From the NCBI GenBank assembly GCA_002723195.1, contig PBNR01000044.1, forward strand, positions 54,415 through 118,414: 64,000 nucleotides of DNA. The letters run 5' to 3'. Below the pieces are notes generated by a model. It saw only the letters and a program-made list of their open reading frames with translations. It ran no database searches and was not told the DNA's origin. The translations under genes and the position numbers were made by a program. This document shows, piece by piece, positions 46,752-57,319 of this stretch. The first letter of the stretch is position 1; each line of letters starts with the position of its first letter. The DNA comes from Gammaproteobacteria bacterium. Lineage in GTDB: Bacteria; Pseudomonadota; Gammaproteobacteria; Pseudomonadales; Pseudohongiellaceae.

Positions 46752-47348
46752 TTAGTAAAATTCAACGGTGCCAGACTTAAGGTAATATTCCGCGCCGACT
46801 ATTTTTAGTCCTTCATCGGTAACCTTATTCTGCAAAATTTTCGAGTTATTCAAAAGATTTTCAATCGTTGATTGTACATTAGCGCGGGTTGCCTTTTGAA
46901 CTCTAATGTTGAGGGGATCTTTATTACTAAAACTGGCTTTAATGCCAGGTTTAATCCCATCAATTATTACCTGTAGGTTAGGTGACAAAGATTTACCTGT
47001 ATTTTCTAGATTTTCTACAGCCGCCTCAATCGCTCCGCAAGAACTATGTCCTAGTACTACAATCAATTTAGTGGCAAATTTATTTGCTGCGAACTCTATA
47101 GTACCTATCTGGGAAGGCATAGCGATGTTACCTGCTACACGGATGACAAATAATCTACCCAAATTTTGAGCAAATATTAATTCTGGAGAAACCCGAGAAT
47201 CGGAGCAGCCAAGAATGATCGCGAAAGGGTTTTGTTGTTTTTCTAATTCCGATCGATCGTTGTTGTTTAAATCAAGGTCTAGAACGCCGCTACGAAACAG
47301 TTCGTTTCCTCGTTTTAGACGTGATAAGGCACTATCTGCATTAAGCAT
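46752..47348 (-). CDS. Beta-class carbonic anhydrase
   Basis: The zinc-ligand motifs are LGCSDSRV and GHSSCGA. Confidence 0.88.
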   Translation of the reverse strand: MLNADSALSRLKRGNELFRSGVLDLDLNNNDRSELEKQQNPFAIILGCSDSRVSPELIFAQNLGRLFVIRVAGNIAMPSQIGTIEFAANKFATKLIVVLGHSSCGAIEAAVENLENTGKSLSPNLQVIIDGIKPGIKASFSNKDPLNIRVQKATRANVQSTIENLLNNSKILQNKVTDEGLKIVGAEYYLKSGTVEFY

Positions 47349-47548
47349 GGGGGCAGACTCACATAAACTTGATATACATGTGCTACAGGAGTGTGTCAGA
47401 GTAGCTATTTTAAGCTATTACCTAATATTTCACATGTTTGTTGTGTAATATAAAGAATGGCAGGGGGTAATTTCTCATAATTTCAATGGTGATTCAGAAT
47501 ATTTTAACATTTCACCAATTATATGCGCTATTTGCACGGTTAGGACTC

Positions 47549-48331
47549 TTAAGCAGATTTTGAAAATTTATAACAGTGACGCTCAGCTTTAATACCATCG
47601 TCATTGTAGTTTTGTTCACTGAACCAAAACTCCCCTTCTTTACTTGCTATTATAGCGGTCGTGCACATCGTTCCGTAGCCACGATTAGTGTTAAGTATGA
47701 ACGCAGAAGAAAGAGCTGCCCCTGATTCCGGGTATACTCCAGTATCCGCTAAGTTTTCATCAGTGGGTAGTTCACGATGATTCATCATATTAATTAACTC
47801 ATCTGTATTTAACGAGTTGCTATTCTGCATGAGTAAGAACAGCTCTTTTCTTCCTCGGTTTACTTTAGGCCAGGCAGAATTGATGAGGCCATTGGACAAA
47901 CCGTAAATACCAGGCTTAAGTTCGTAGACCAAGTTTTCTCGGTTGTTTAGGTAATACATATTATTCTCATCACCTAACAGTAAGTTAAATCCGGCATATT
48001 GTTGAAATTTCCCTGGTATGCTTCGGGCATAATCTTCAGCAGAAGCTCCGCTTTCAAGGAAATCTAGGGGGAGTTCTCCTCGAGATCTCGGCGCCTGCTC
48101 TGAAGATTGATCACTTATATTTGTAACAGCACTGAAGTGCCCGGAATTTGATAAACCTAACCAAGTTCCGCCTGCAAGAAGGTCCTTACCGGCAAGAATG
48201 GAAGTTTGGTTATCACCAAGTTTCCAGAATGCTGCCTGTTGAGTTGGCCGACTAAAAAACTCATCCCTGTTAGCAGCCAATATCAGAGGGAATCCGCACT
48301 TGGCTTTATGAGCAAAAATTATAAGGCACAT
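47549..48331 (-). CDS. NRDE family protein (DUF833/TANGO2-like)
   Basis: The N-terminus is MCLIIFA and the eponymous motif is LAANRDEF. Confidence 0.8.
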   Translation of the reverse strand: MCLIIFAHKAKCGFPLILAANRDEFFSRPTQQAAFWKLGDNQTSILAGKDLLAGGTWLGLSNSGHFSAVTNISDQSSEQAPRSRGELPLDFLESGASAEDYARSIPGKFQQYAGFNLLLGDENNMYYLNNRENLVYELKPGIYGLSNGLINSAWPKVNRGRKELFLLMQNSNSLNTDELINMMNHRELPTDENLADTGVYPESGAALSSAFILNTNRGYGTMCTTAIIASKEGEFWFSEQNYNDDGIKAERHCYKFSKSA

Positions 48332-48502
48332 TTAATTTTTCTTCACCAAATAGAATTGGTATGGAGTTACTATGTATTATTTAGGCGATCTTAAAATATC
48401 CCATTTTTATTCGTCAATGATAGACGCATTGTTGATATACTTTAGCTGAGACTTTAGAAATTATTCGATTAAGGTTAACCAATCAATAGAATTTGAAAGA
48501 TA

Positions 48503-49300
48503 ATGCTAGTTTTCCCTCAATTTGATCCGGTAGCAATCGCCTTAGGGCCTATTAGCATCCATTGGTATGGTGTGATGTACATTATTGCCTTTGCAGGAGC
48601 CTGGTTTCTTGCTAGTTATCGCGCTAATAAGGCTCCAGGCCAATGGAATAGAGATCAAGTATCAGATCTGGTTTTTTATGGTGCTTTAGGTGCGGTTCTC
48701 GGCGGGCGCATTGGTTCAGTCTTTTTTTATAACTTTGACAGATTTTTGGATAACCCCACTTGGTTATTTCGCGTTTGGGAGGGCGGTATGTCTTTCCACG
48801 GTGGATTTCTTGGTGTATTGATTGCTTTTTATTTCTATTCGAAGACTATAGGGAAGAATTTCTGGGAGACCATCGATTTTATTGCACCTTTTGTTCCATT
48901 TGGCTTAGGTGCTGGTCGTTTTGGTAATTTTATCGGCGGAGAACTATGGGGTAGGCCTACGGAGGTAGCATGGGGTATGATATTTCCCCATGTAGATAAT
49001 TTATCGCGTCATCCTTCTCAACTTTATCAAGTAGCTCTTGAGGGGGTGGTATTATTCTTCATTATTTGGTGGTTTTCGTCTTCACCGAGACCTCGAAAAG
49101 CGGTCTCAGGTTTGTTTTCGCTTAGCTACGGCTGTCTTCGCTTTTTCGTAGAATTCTATAGAGAGCCTGATTTACATTTAGGTTTCGTCGCGTTCGGTTG
49201 GATGACGATGGGACAATTATTGTGTATCCCGATGATTCTAGTCGGTATCGGTTTATTATATCTCTCATACTCTAACAAGCTTTGGTTTGCGAAAAGCTAA
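48503..49300 (+). CDS. lgt: Prolipoprotein diacylglyceryl transferase
   Basis: IHWYGVMY, GGRIG, GMSFHGG and GRFGNFIGGELWGRPT are all Lgt hallmarks. Confidence 0.95.
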   Translation: MLVFPQFDPVAIALGPISIHWYGVMYIIAFAGAWFLASYRANKAPGQWNRDQVSDLVFYGALGAVLGGRIGSVFFYNFDRFLDNPTWLFRVWEGGMSFHGGFLGVLIAFYFYSKTIGKNFWETIDFIAPFVPFGLGAGRFGNFIGGELWGRPTEVAWGMIFPHVDNLSRHPSQLYQVALEGVVLFFIIWWFSSSPRPRKAVSGLFSLSYGCLRFFVEFYREPDLHLGFVAFGWMTMGQLLCIPMILVGIGLLYLSYSNKLWFAKS

Positions 49301-49324
49301 ACTTAGAACTGGACACCCTCCGAT

Positions 49325-50176
49325 ATGAAACAATATCTAGCCCTTTGTCAACGCATTATTGAGGAGGGCACCTGGACTCAAAACAAACGAACAGGAAAAA
49401 AATGCCTTACCGTTATCGATGCCGATCTCACTTATGATGTTGCTAGCAATAAATTTCCTATAGTCACAACTCGAAGAAGCTTTTGGAAGGCGGCAATCGC
49501 AGAGTTTCTTGGCTACCTAAGAGGCTATGATAATGCCGCTGACTTTCGTGTCCTTGGTGCAAAGACTTGGGATGCCAATGCAAATGAGAATAAGGCGTGG
49601 CTCGATAATCCTGCACGTAAAGGCGAAGATGATTTGGGAAGAGTTTATGGTGTGCAGGGCCGGCGCTGGCAGAAGCCTGATGGCTCAACTCTAGATCAAC
49701 TGCGAAAACTTGTAGATGATTTGTCCAGCGGTCTTGACGATCGAGCAGAAATTCTGACTTTTTACAATCCTGGTGAGTTTGAGTTGGGATGTCTGCGCCC
49801 TTGTATGCACACCCATACGTTCTCCTTGCTAGGTGATACACTTTTCCTGACCAGTTACCAAAGGTCTTGTGATGTGCCCCTGGGTCTTAATTTTAATCAG
49901 ATACAGGTATTTGCTTTTCTAGCATTGATGGCACAAATAACTGGGAATAAACCTGGCAAAGCCTTCCATAAGATTGTGAATGCTCATATTTATGAAGACC
50001 AGCTCGAACTGATGCGCGATGTGCAATTGTCGCGTGAGCCATTTATCCCACCAAAACTGCATATCAATCCCGACATTAAATCTCTTGAAGACATTGAAAG
50101 TTGGGTCACTCTGGATGATTTCAAGGTTGAAGGATATCAACACCATGAACCTATCGCTTACCCTTTCTCTGTTTAG
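49325..50176 (+). CDS. thyA: Thymidylate synthase
   Basis: MKQYL..., the catalytic Cys region RPCMH and [14 protein letters not shown] (E. coli YQRSCDVFLGLPFN). Confidence 0.97.
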   Translation: MKQYLALCQRIIEEGTWTQNKRTGKKCLTVIDADLTYDVASNKFPIVTTRRSFWKAAIAEFLGYLRGYDNAADFRVLGAKTWDANANENKAWLDNPARKGEDDLGRVYGVQGRRWQKPDGSTLDQLRKLVDDLSSGLDDRAEILTFYNPGEFELGCLRPCMHTHTFSLLGDTLFLTSYQRSCDVPLGLNFNQIQVFAFLALMAQITGNKPGKAFHKIVNAHIYEDQLELMRDVQLSREPFIPPKLHINPDIKSLEDIESWVTLDDFKVEGYQHHEPIAYPFSV

Positions 50177-50185
50177 ACGGGAACG

Positions 50186-50695
50186 GTGATGAAACTCTCT
50201 TTAATATGTGCAATGGCCGAAAACCGAATAATCGGTCGCAATAACAGCTTGCCTTGGCATCTATCGGACGATCTAAAATATTTTAAGAACACTACAATAG
50301 GGAAAATCGTCATTATGGGTCGTAAGACGTGGGAATCTATTGGTCGTGCTCTTCCCGGTAGAATCAATATTGTAATTACTAATAACCCTGACTATGAAGC
50401 TGAAGGAGCAAAGGTCGTGCGCTCTTTGGAAGAAGCGACGAAATTGGCCGAAAAAATCTCTCTCATCGATGGCAACGACGAAGCTTTTGTTATTGGTGGT
50501 GCGGGCATTTATAAAGAAGCACTGCCGCAAGCGCAACGATTTCATCTTACTAGAATCCACGCGGAAATTCTGGGGGATACCTGTCTGGAGCGTTTTAACG
50601 AAGACGAATGGGAAGAAATAGCACGCGAAGAGCATATAAAGAATGAGTCCAATACTCATAATTATAGTATCTGCGTTTTGCAAAGGCGAAGCTAA
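50186..50695 (+). CDS. folA: Dihydrofolate reductase
   Basis: ENRIIGRNNSLPWHLSDDLKYFKNTT and IVIMGRKTWESIG. Confidence 0.93.
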   Translation: MMKLSLICAMAENRIIGRNNSLPWHLSDDLKYFKNTTIGKIVIMGRKTWESIGRALPGRINIVITNNPDYEAEGAKVVRSLEEATKLAEKISLIDGNDEAFVIGGAGIYKEALPQAQRFHLTRIHAEILGDTCLERFNEDEWEEIAREEHIKNESNTHNYSICVLQRRS

Positions 50696-51843
50696 AAGCA
50701 GTTGGCACTGATTAGTTTCTTTAAAACTTTGATAGTCGGGTTAATCATGTCCATCGACATATATTCATTTGGTTGATGAGCCTGGTCGATGTTTCCCGGC
50801 CCCATTACTATGGTATCCATACCAAGCTGCTGAAGAAATGGGCCTTCTGTACCGAAAAGCACACTAACCCCACCGTGGCCAGTTAGCTCTTCAGCCGTTT
50901 TTAACATTTTACTATTCTCCTCGGCAAAAAAAGCCGGTACTCCAGAGAAAATTTCTTCCATCTTGAATTCGACTCCGGATGGCTCGGTGACCGATTTTAC
51001 TAGTTTATTTATTTCTGCTCTCACTGTATCGATATTCATTCCAGGTACTAACCGGATATCAAATTCTAGATCACAGTGGCCGCAAATTCGATTGGGGTTA
51101 TCGCCACCGTGTATAGCACCTAAGTTTAATGTAGGGTATGGGATTACAAATAATTCAGAGCTATATCTTTCCTTAAGTTGATTTCGATATTTAACCAGTT
51201 CTGAAATAACTTGATGCATTGTGTCTAATGCATTTTTGCCTAATGATGGATCGGAAGAGTGACCACTTTCTCCCAGTAAGCGGATTCTATCCATCATGAT
51301 TCCCTTGTGAGCTGATACCGGTTTCAATTCCGTGGGTTCGCCGATTAGCGCAGACCGCGCTTTGGGTCTGCCTAATTTAACCAGTGCCTTGGCGCCAAGC
51401 ATAGAAGACTCTTCATCTGCTGTTGCCAGGACTATCAATGGCTCTTTGAATTTCTCATCGAGTAAAGGTTTTACTGCATCCATGACAATTGGGAAAAATC
51501 CCTTCATGTCTGTTACGCCGAGGCCGTAAATTTTGTTACCTTTTTCGGTTAGCTGGAATGGGTCGACTGACCACAATTTCTGGTCGAATGGAACGGTATC
51601 CGTATGGCCAGCCAAAACAAGGCCGCCCGGCCCGGTTCCGAGCGTTGCAATAAGATTGAATTTGGTCTCCGCTGGATCACATGGAATTATTTCGCATTTA
51701 AACCCCATAGACAAAAATGAAGTAGCCAGATGATCGATTACGGGCTTATTACTCATGTCGAGGTCTTTATTAGCCGAGCTAATGCTAGGTAGACTAATTA
51801 TTTTATCCATCTGTCGCAGAAGATCTGGTAGAACTGAATACAT
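50692..51843 (-). CDS. argE: Acetylornithine deacetylase (M20 family)
   Basis: LAGHTDTVP, GVTDMKG and ATADEE are M20 metal ligands. The length and N-terminus are ArgE-like. It is convergent with folA, with a 4-nt overlap. Confidence 0.85.
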   Translation of the reverse strand: MYSVLPDLLRQMDKIISLPSISSANKDLDMSNKPVIDHLATSFLSMGFKCEIIPCDPAETKFNLIATLGTGPGGLVLAGHTDTVPFDQKLWSVDPFQLTEKGNKIYGLGVTDMKGFFPIVMDAVKPLLDEKFKEPLIVLATADEESSMLGAKALVKLGRPKARSALIGEPTELKPVSAHKGIMMDRIRLLGESGHSSDPSLGKNALDTMHQVISELVKYRNQLKERYSSELFVIPYPTLNLGAIHGGDNPNRICGHCDLEFDIRLVPGMNIDTVRAEINKLVKSVTEPSGVEFKMEEIFSGVPAFFAEENSKMLKTAEELTGHGGVSVLFGTEGPFLQQLGMDTIVMGPGNIDQAHQPNEYMSMDMINPTIKVLKKLISANCF

Positions 51844-51866
51844 AATTATTTCGACGTTTTTGCTTA

Positions 51867-52217
51867 CTAGGGTCCTGAGAACTTAGCGATCATGTCAGTT
51901 TTTGCGGCCATGATGAAGTCATTAATGTGTAAACCATTAATTTTGTGTGACCACCAAAATACGGTAACTTTGCCCCATTCTGTCATAATTGATGGGTGGT
52001 GGTTCTCCCTATCGGCGAGGCTAGCGATTTTGTGAGTAAAACTGAAAGCATCTTTAAATTCAATAAAATGAAATTCTCTTATTAGTTTCTCGACACCATC
52101 ATGAAATTGGCGCTTCCAGGCGGGAACGCTTAATAGTAACTTGTTGGCCTCCTCTTCTGTCACAACGGGGGACCCGAGCTGACAAGTTTCGCAATGTTTC
52201 TGATACAAGGCTTTCAT
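51867..52217 (-). CDS. phhB: 4a-hydroxytetrahydrobiopterin (pterin-4a-carbinolamine) dehydratase
   Basis: This 116-aa protein has the ADRENHHPSI motif and F.DF..AF.F-type elements. Confidence 0.88.
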   Translation of the reverse strand: MKALYQKHCETCQLGSPVVTEEEANKLLLSVPAWKRQFHDGVEKLIREFHFIEFKDAFSFTHKIASLADRENHHPSIMTEWGKVTVFWWSHKINGLHINDFIMAAKTDMIAKFSGP

Positions 52218-53374
52218 TAGAGAAATTCTCCGATTACGTTGTTAAGAAAGAGATAACCTTTTGGGGTTGTTGAAATAAATAATTGGCCTTCAACGCTAGT
52301 TCTCTGCATTAGTCCCCGGTTAACCAAGGATTCTACTCCTTTTGTAATTTCATCTAAAGACAAGCCGGTTCTAGTTTCAAATTGACGCCGGCTAAAACCA
52401 TCTTTTAATCTTAACGCATTCATTAGAAATTCTAGCGCTATTTGGCCTGAAGGAATTTCTATAAGCTCTGCAGTTCTATCATTTAGCGCGGAGGTATAAT
52501 GATCGGGCCGTCGTAATTTCCTTGTCCTGATGAGTTTTGCCTCACTAATTAAGCTTAACTTCCCGTGTGCGCCCGCACCAATACCCAAGTAATCTCCAAA
52601 ACTCCAATAATTTTTGTTGTGTATCGAAGCGTATGTTTCAGTAGCGTACGCTGAAACTTCATATTGCTTATACCCTGAGCTTTCCAATAATTTATGACCT
52701 TCATCCTGTATGTTTTTTAATACAGGCTCCACCGGTAAAATAGGAGTTTTTCGATAGAATTTAGTATTTGGCTCTATAGTTAGTTGATACCAACTAATAT
52801 GTGTAGGTCTTCTGTCAATGACATTTTGTAAATCGTTCAATGCTTGATCAATGGTTTGGCCAGGTAAACCGTGCATTAAATCTATATTAAAATTAGTAAA
52901 ACCTGCACTTGTTGCTGTTTTTATGGCATTAAATGCTTGTTCCGCACTATGAATGCGTTCAAGCTGTTTTAAGCAATTGTTGTCGAAACTTTGGACACCT
53001 ATCGACAAACGATTGATACCTGCTTCACGGTAACTAATAAAACGTCCAGCCTCCGCTGTTCCCGGGTTGACCTCTAACGTAATTTCAATTTTATTAGAGA
53101 ATGGTAGTTTTAAATTTATTTCTTCTAGTAAGTATTTATAAGACTCTCCGCTAAATAAACTTGGAGTACCACCACCAATAAATATGGAGATCAGTTCCAC
53201 ATCTAAGTCTTCCAGGCGAGAATATTCGTACTTAAAATCTTCAAGTAAAGCATTGACGTACTCTGATTCAGGAAGTGGTGAGCTAGCTTCATGTGAATTG
53301 AAATCGCAATAGGGGCACTTGTGTTCGCACCAAGGAATGTGTATGTACAGGCTTAAGGGAGGTCTTTCCAACAT
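52217..53374 (-). CDS. hemW: Radical SAM heme chaperone HemW (HemN-like). Start set at the ATG at 53374; the track ORF extends to 53452.
   Basis: MLERPPLSLYIHIPWCEHKCPYCDF carries CxxxCxxC. The 26-aa upstream extension in the track lies inside rdgB. Confidence 0.88.
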   Translation of the reverse strand: MLERPPLSLYIHIPWCEHKCPYCDFNSHEASSPLPESEYVNALLEDFKYEYSRLEDLDVELISIFIGGGTPSLFSGESYKYLLEEINLKLPFSNKIEITLEVNPGTAEAGRFISYREAGINRLSIGVQSFDNNCLKQLERIHSAEQAFNAIKTATSAGFTNFNIDLMHGLPGQTIDQALNDLQNVIDRRPTHISWYQLTIEPNTKFYRKTPILPVEPVLKNIQDEGHKLLESSGYKQYEVSAYATETYASIHNKNYWSFGDYLGIGAGAHGKLSLISEAKLIRTRKLRRPDHYTSALNDRTAELIEIPSGQIALEFLMNALRLKDGFSRRQFETRTGLSLDEITKGVESLVNRGLMQRTSVEGQLFISTTPKGYLFLNNVIGEFL

Positions 53375-53964
53375 TTTAAGAGCTGGCGCAATGCCTGGCC
53401 ACGATGGCTTAGTAAATTTTTTGTCTCTGTATCTAATTCTGCAGAGGAACAATCATGGGTTGGGACGTAGAATAGCGGGTCGTAGCCAAATCCATTTTTA
53501 CCTTTTTGTTCAAATAAGATATAGCCTTCCCAGGTACCCTGACAAATTAATGGTGTAGGATCCTTTGCATTACGTAGGTATACAATAACGCATTGAAAGC
53601 GCGCAGTTCTATCAAGCTCAGGTACTTTCTCGAGCTCTGACAAAAGCCTGGCATTATTTTCGGTATCCGCGGCTGGTCCTTTAATGCCTGCGTAACGGGC
53701 AGAGTAAATGCCAGGTTCACCATTTAATGCATCAACTTCGATACCTGAATCGTCAGCTATGCTAGGTAGTCCAGTTTTGGCACATGCATGTCTTGCTTTG
53801 ATAAGGGCATTTTCAACGAAACTAAGGCCAGTCTCCGCAATTTCATTCACTTGAAAATCAGATTGAGGAATTACTTCAACCTTCTTTACACCGATGATAG
53901 TCTGCAACTCCCTAAGTTTACCTGGATTACCACTTGCTAAAACTACTTTTCTTGACGTCGCCAC
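53353..53964 (-). CDS. rdgB: Non-canonical purine NTP pyrophosphatase (dITP/XTP)
   Basis: VLASGNPGKLRE, SGIEVDALNGEPGIYSARY and FGYDPLF. Confidence 0.93.
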   Translation of the reverse strand: MATSRKVVLASGNPGKLRELQTIIGVKKVEVIPQSDFQVNEIAETGLSFVENALIKARHACAKTGLPSIADDSGIEVDALNGEPGIYSARYAGIKGPAADTENNARLLSELEKVPELDRTARFQCVIVYLRNAKDPTPLICQGTWEGYILFEQKGKNGFGYDPLFYVPTHDCSSAELDTETKNLLSHRGQALRQLLKCWKDLP

Positions 53965-53966
53965 TT

Positions 53967-54560
53967 TTAATTTTTAGTGATGTGATAAATTGCAATTTCC
54001 CCGAGAAAATTTGGCCATGCTTTCATAGCCCAGCTACCTTGGTGCTGAGAATCTACAACAGTGCGAGTGAGTATTTTGATGTTTCTATCTTGGCACAATG
54101 TATCAAAATCTTTTACCGTACAAAAATGGATATTCGGTGTGTCGTACCATGCATTAGGCATAAACTTTGAAACAGGCATACGGCCTTTAGTCGAGAGATA
54201 TATGCGACTCTTCCAGTTTCCAAAATTTGGGAAAGTTACAATACCGTTTTTACCGATTCGCAGCATCTCTTCGACCAACTGATCGGGGTTGCTTAAGGCT
54301 TGAAGTGTCTGAGTGAGCAATACAGTGTCGAAACTGTTCGTCTGAAAATTGGACAGTCCCTGATCCAGATTTTGTTCAATTACGTTGACGCCGTGCTCGA
54401 TGCAGCGCAAAATATTCTGGTCGTCGATCTCCAACCCAATCTCGTTAATTTGCTTGGCAGTTTTCAGGTAGTGTAAAAGTGTGCCATCGCCGCATCCTAA
54501 ATCCAACACGCGGCTATTAGGTTCGATCCACTGCTGGATAATCTGAAGGTCAGGGCGCAT
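53967..54560 (-). CDS. metW: Methionine biosynthesis protein MetW. Start set at the ATG at 54560; the track ORF extends to 54656.
   Basis: [26 protein letters not shown] carries a SAM-binding-type motif. The ATG overlaps the last codons of metX, as is usual for metXW. Confidence 0.9.
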   Translation of the reverse strand: MRPDLQIIQQWIEPNSRVLDLGCGDGTLLHYLKTAKQINEIGLEIDDQNILRCIEHGVNVIEQNLDQGLSNFQTNSFDTVLLTQTLQALSNPDQLVEEMLRIGKNGIVTFPNFGNWKSRIYLSTKGRMPVSKFMPNAWYDTPNIHFCTVKDFDTLCQDRNIKILTRTVVDSQHQGSWAMKAWPNFLGEIAIYHITKN

Positions 54561-55746
54561 CGCAAATCTCTTGATAAACTTTCCGCAAATAGGCCTTAAA
54601 GCTGCTGATATAGCGAGGAATCGGCATAAGGAAGGCATCATGTCCTTGGTCTGCATTTATTTCCAGATAAGTCACTTTTCTCCCAGCCTTCAATAAATCA
54701 TTTACGATTTCTCGAGAACGTTCCGGAGGGAATCGCCAGTCGGTCGTAAAGGAGATCAGCAGGAATTTGCATTTGCTGTTAACGAAAGCTTTGCTTAGAT
54801 CACCACCATAGTCGATAGAAGGATCAAAATAATCTAAAGCCTTTGTCATTAATAGATAAGTATTGGCATCAAAATTTGCAGAAAATCGTTCACCCTGGTA
54901 GTGCAGATAACTCTCAACTTGGAAGTCTACGTTGAAGCCAAAACTCAATTTTCCTGAGCGCAAATCGCGACCAAAATTACCGCCTTCATTCTCAAAGTCC
55001 GCTACTGTTTTTCCGAATTTAGCACGCATAGCATTATCAGAAAGATAAGTAATGTGCCCAACCATGCGGGCTAATGTTAGGCCTTGTTTTGGATAGGTGT
55101 TATGTTCCAGATAGTAACCGTCATGAAAATTTGGATCCGTAGTAATCGACTGACGAGCTACCTCATTAAATGCAATATTTTGTGCAGACAGTTTTGGTGC
55201 TGCGGCTATGCAAATTGCATGAGCCAGTTTTTCTGGGTAGCTAATAGCCCAGCGCAATACCTGCATCCCACCTAGACTGCCGCCAACAACAGCAGCCCAT
55301 TTAGTAATGCCGAGTTTATCCATTAGCACTGATTGGCTATTTACCCAGTCTCTAACGGTCACAACAGGGAAATCTGGACCCCAATAATTTCCAGTTTCTG
55401 GATTAATGGTGGCAGGTCCCGTAGTTCCGCCGCAGCCTCCCAAGTTATTCATGCATACCACGAAATATAGATTAGTATCGATGGCCTTCCCAGGGCCTAT
55501 GCAAGTGTCCCACCAACCTGGTTTCTTTTCTTCCCTGGAATGATAACCCGCAGCATGATGATCCCCGCTGAGGGCATGACAGACCAGTAAACCATTAGAT
55601 TTATCAGCATTCAGATTGCCGTAAGTTTCATATACGATGTCGTAAGCAGGCAAAATTTTACCACTCCGCAATGTAAGTGGCTCTTCAATATAGATTTTCT
55701 GAGGCTCAATAATTCCGACTGAGTCTTCAGGTAGTTCCATTGCCAT
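54550..55746 (-). CDS. metX: Homoserine O-acyltransferase (MetX; acetyl vs succinyl specificity not resolvable here)
   Basis: It is an alpha/beta hydrolase with the nucleophile elbow [10 protein letters not shown]. The N-terminus is typical of MetX: [10 protein letters not shown]...YETYG.LN. The metW partner is downstream. Confidence 0.93.
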   Translation of the reverse strand: MAMELPEDSVGIIEPQKIYIEEPLTLRSGKILPAYDIVYETYGNLNADKSNGLLVCHALSGDHHAAGYHSREEKKPGWWDTCIGPGKAIDTNLYFVVCMNNLGGCGGTTGPATINPETGNYWGPDFPVVTVRDWVNSQSVLMDKLGITKWAAVVGGSLGGMQVLRWAISYPEKLAHAICIAAAPKLSAQNIAFNEVARQSITTDPNFHDGYYLEHNTYPKQGLTLARMVGHITYLSDNAMRAKFGKTVADFENEGGNFGRDLRSGKLSFGFNVDFQVESYLHYQGERFSANFDANTYLLMTKALDYFDPSIDYGGDLSKAFVNSKCKFLLISFTTDWRFPPERSREIVNDLLKAGRKVTYLEINADQGHDAFLMPIPRYISSFKAYLRKVYQEICDAP

Positions 55747-55808
55747 TCCAAGTAGCTCGCTAATTCCTAGAGATTACGATAGAGGACCATTTTTTAACGG
55801 TAGCAGTG

Positions 55809-56408
55809 TCAAAGACCAATTACGACCAATGCAATATATTGGCTAACACCAAATGATTGGTAAATGATGTTTCGAATTAACCCAATCCCGATGAAAATAA
55901 ATATTGGAGAAAAATCAAGCCCACCCATCGGCGGGATGACCTTTCTTAGTGGAGCCATAACGGGTTCCGTCAATTGCCAGATAAGTCTAAGGAACGGATG
56001 GGGATTCATGTTCCCCGAAAACATCATTACAAAAGACATTATGATCGAAGCGATAATGGCATAGTAATAAATCATTATAATGAAATGCAGCACCCCGATA
56101 AATGCCCAAGTTACCAAGAAACTAAAAGATGGAATACTTCCACCGTAAAGAAGAATTAAGCCAGCAATAGCCATTGCTTGAACCACAAGCGCCAACATCA
56201 AGCATGAAAAATCTATGCCTCTGTAACCTGGGATAAAACTGCGAAAAATGCGTACACCAGGATCTGTTATTTTTACAACGGACTGGGAAATTGGATTATA
56301 AAAGTCGGCTTGCGCAACCTGCAGTAGGAAACGGAGTATAACTGCCAGTAAATATAGGCCTACCAGGGCATTAAAAATAAGTGCGGTTGAACTTCCTACA
56401 ATTTCCAT
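55809..56408 (-). CDS. yggT: YggT family membrane protein
   Basis: It has two YGGT-type repeats (PVMAPLRKVIPPMGGLDFSPI). The context is yggS-proC-yggT. Confidence 0.85.
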   Translation of the reverse strand: MEIVGSSTALIFNALVGLYLLAVILRFLLQVAQADFYNPISQSVVKITDPGVRIFRSFIPGYRGIDFSCLMLALVVQAMAIAGLILLYGGSIPSFSFLVTWAFIGVLHFIIMIYYYAIIASIIMSFVMMFSGNMNPHPFLRLIWQLTEPVMAPLRKVIPPMGGLDFSPIFIFIGIGLIRNIIYQSFGVSQYIALVVIGL

Positions 56409-56419
56409 TGGTTAACTCA

Positions 56420-57235
56420 CTATGTATTCGAACTTTCGGCCAATTCTATCGATCGTTTTTTCGCTGCTATTAAAGCTCTTCTTACTATAGCCTTCAGCCC
56501 GTTTTTCTCGAAAGTTTCTATAGCCTGTTCTGTAGTGCCGCCGGGAGAAGTAACTTTATGTCTTAACTCTGAAGTCGTATCCTCGCTTTCAATCGCTAGT
56601 TTTGCTGCGCCCAAGGCAGTTTGGTAAACTATTCTCTGCGCGACGTCTTCTGATAAACCTAATTCAGAAGCAGTTTCCTGCATTGCTTCCATAAATAAAA
56701 AGAAGTAGGCAGGCCCGCTGCCTGAAACTGCAGTGACTGTATCAATATCTATCTCATTATCAACCCAAACGCTAATTCCAACTGAATCCATCAAAGATTT
56801 CGCTACAATTCTCTGAGCGCTGCTAACAATTTCGTTCGCGTAAAGCCCAGTCGCGCCCTTACCGACAAGTGCTGGCGTATTTGGCATACAACGGACAATT
56901 GCAATATTATCGCCCAGCCATTTCCGTAGCAGGTTGACAGTTATTCCAGCAGCTACCGAAACGACCAAGCCTGAATCCGAATTCAGTACTATTCCCCTAC
57001 AGACACTCTCCATCATTTGAGGTTTAACTGCTAATACAATGACATTTGCTTCATCAGCGATGCTCTGATTATCGGCTATCCGAATACCACATTCTGAGTT
57101 TAGAGCTTGCAATTTCCCATCGTCGACATCGGCTGCAATTATTGATGAATGGCCCAGACCCTCTGCTAGCAAGCCGCGAATGAGGCAATTTGCCATATTG
57201 CCTGCGCCAATAAAACCTACTGTGATATTCTCCAA
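56420..57235 (-). CDS. proC: Pyrroline-5-carboxylate reductase
   Basis: VGFIGAGNMA, SGSGPAYFF and VTSPGGTTE. Confidence 0.95.
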   Translation of the reverse strand: MENITVGFIGAGNMANCLIRGLLAEGLGHSSIIAADVDDGKLQALNSECGIRIADNQSIADEANVIVLAVKPQMMESVCRGIVLNSDSGLVVSVAAGITVNLLRKWLGDNIAIVRCMPNTPALVGKGATGLYANEIVSSAQRIVAKSLMDSVGISVWVDNEIDIDTVTAVSGSGPAYFFLFMEAMQETASELGLSEDVAQRIVYQTALGAAKLAIESEDTTSELRHKVTSPGGTTEQAIETFEKNGLKAIVRRALIAAKKRSIELAESSNT

Positions 57236-57319
57236 TTCCTCTCCAACTCGCTGTACATCAAGATAAATTTCAATTATGCCTAAAACCTATTCTATCGCAT
57301 TAGCGGTAAATAGGCGTAA

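Noticed and set aside
52217-54656. N-terminal extensions in the ORF track for hemW (to 53452) and metW (to 54656), and likewise ptsP (44258) and rppH (43652)
   Set aside because: The extensions overlap the upstream genes or precede better-placed ATG/SD combinations. Homolog N-termini recalled from E. coli match the shorter forms.
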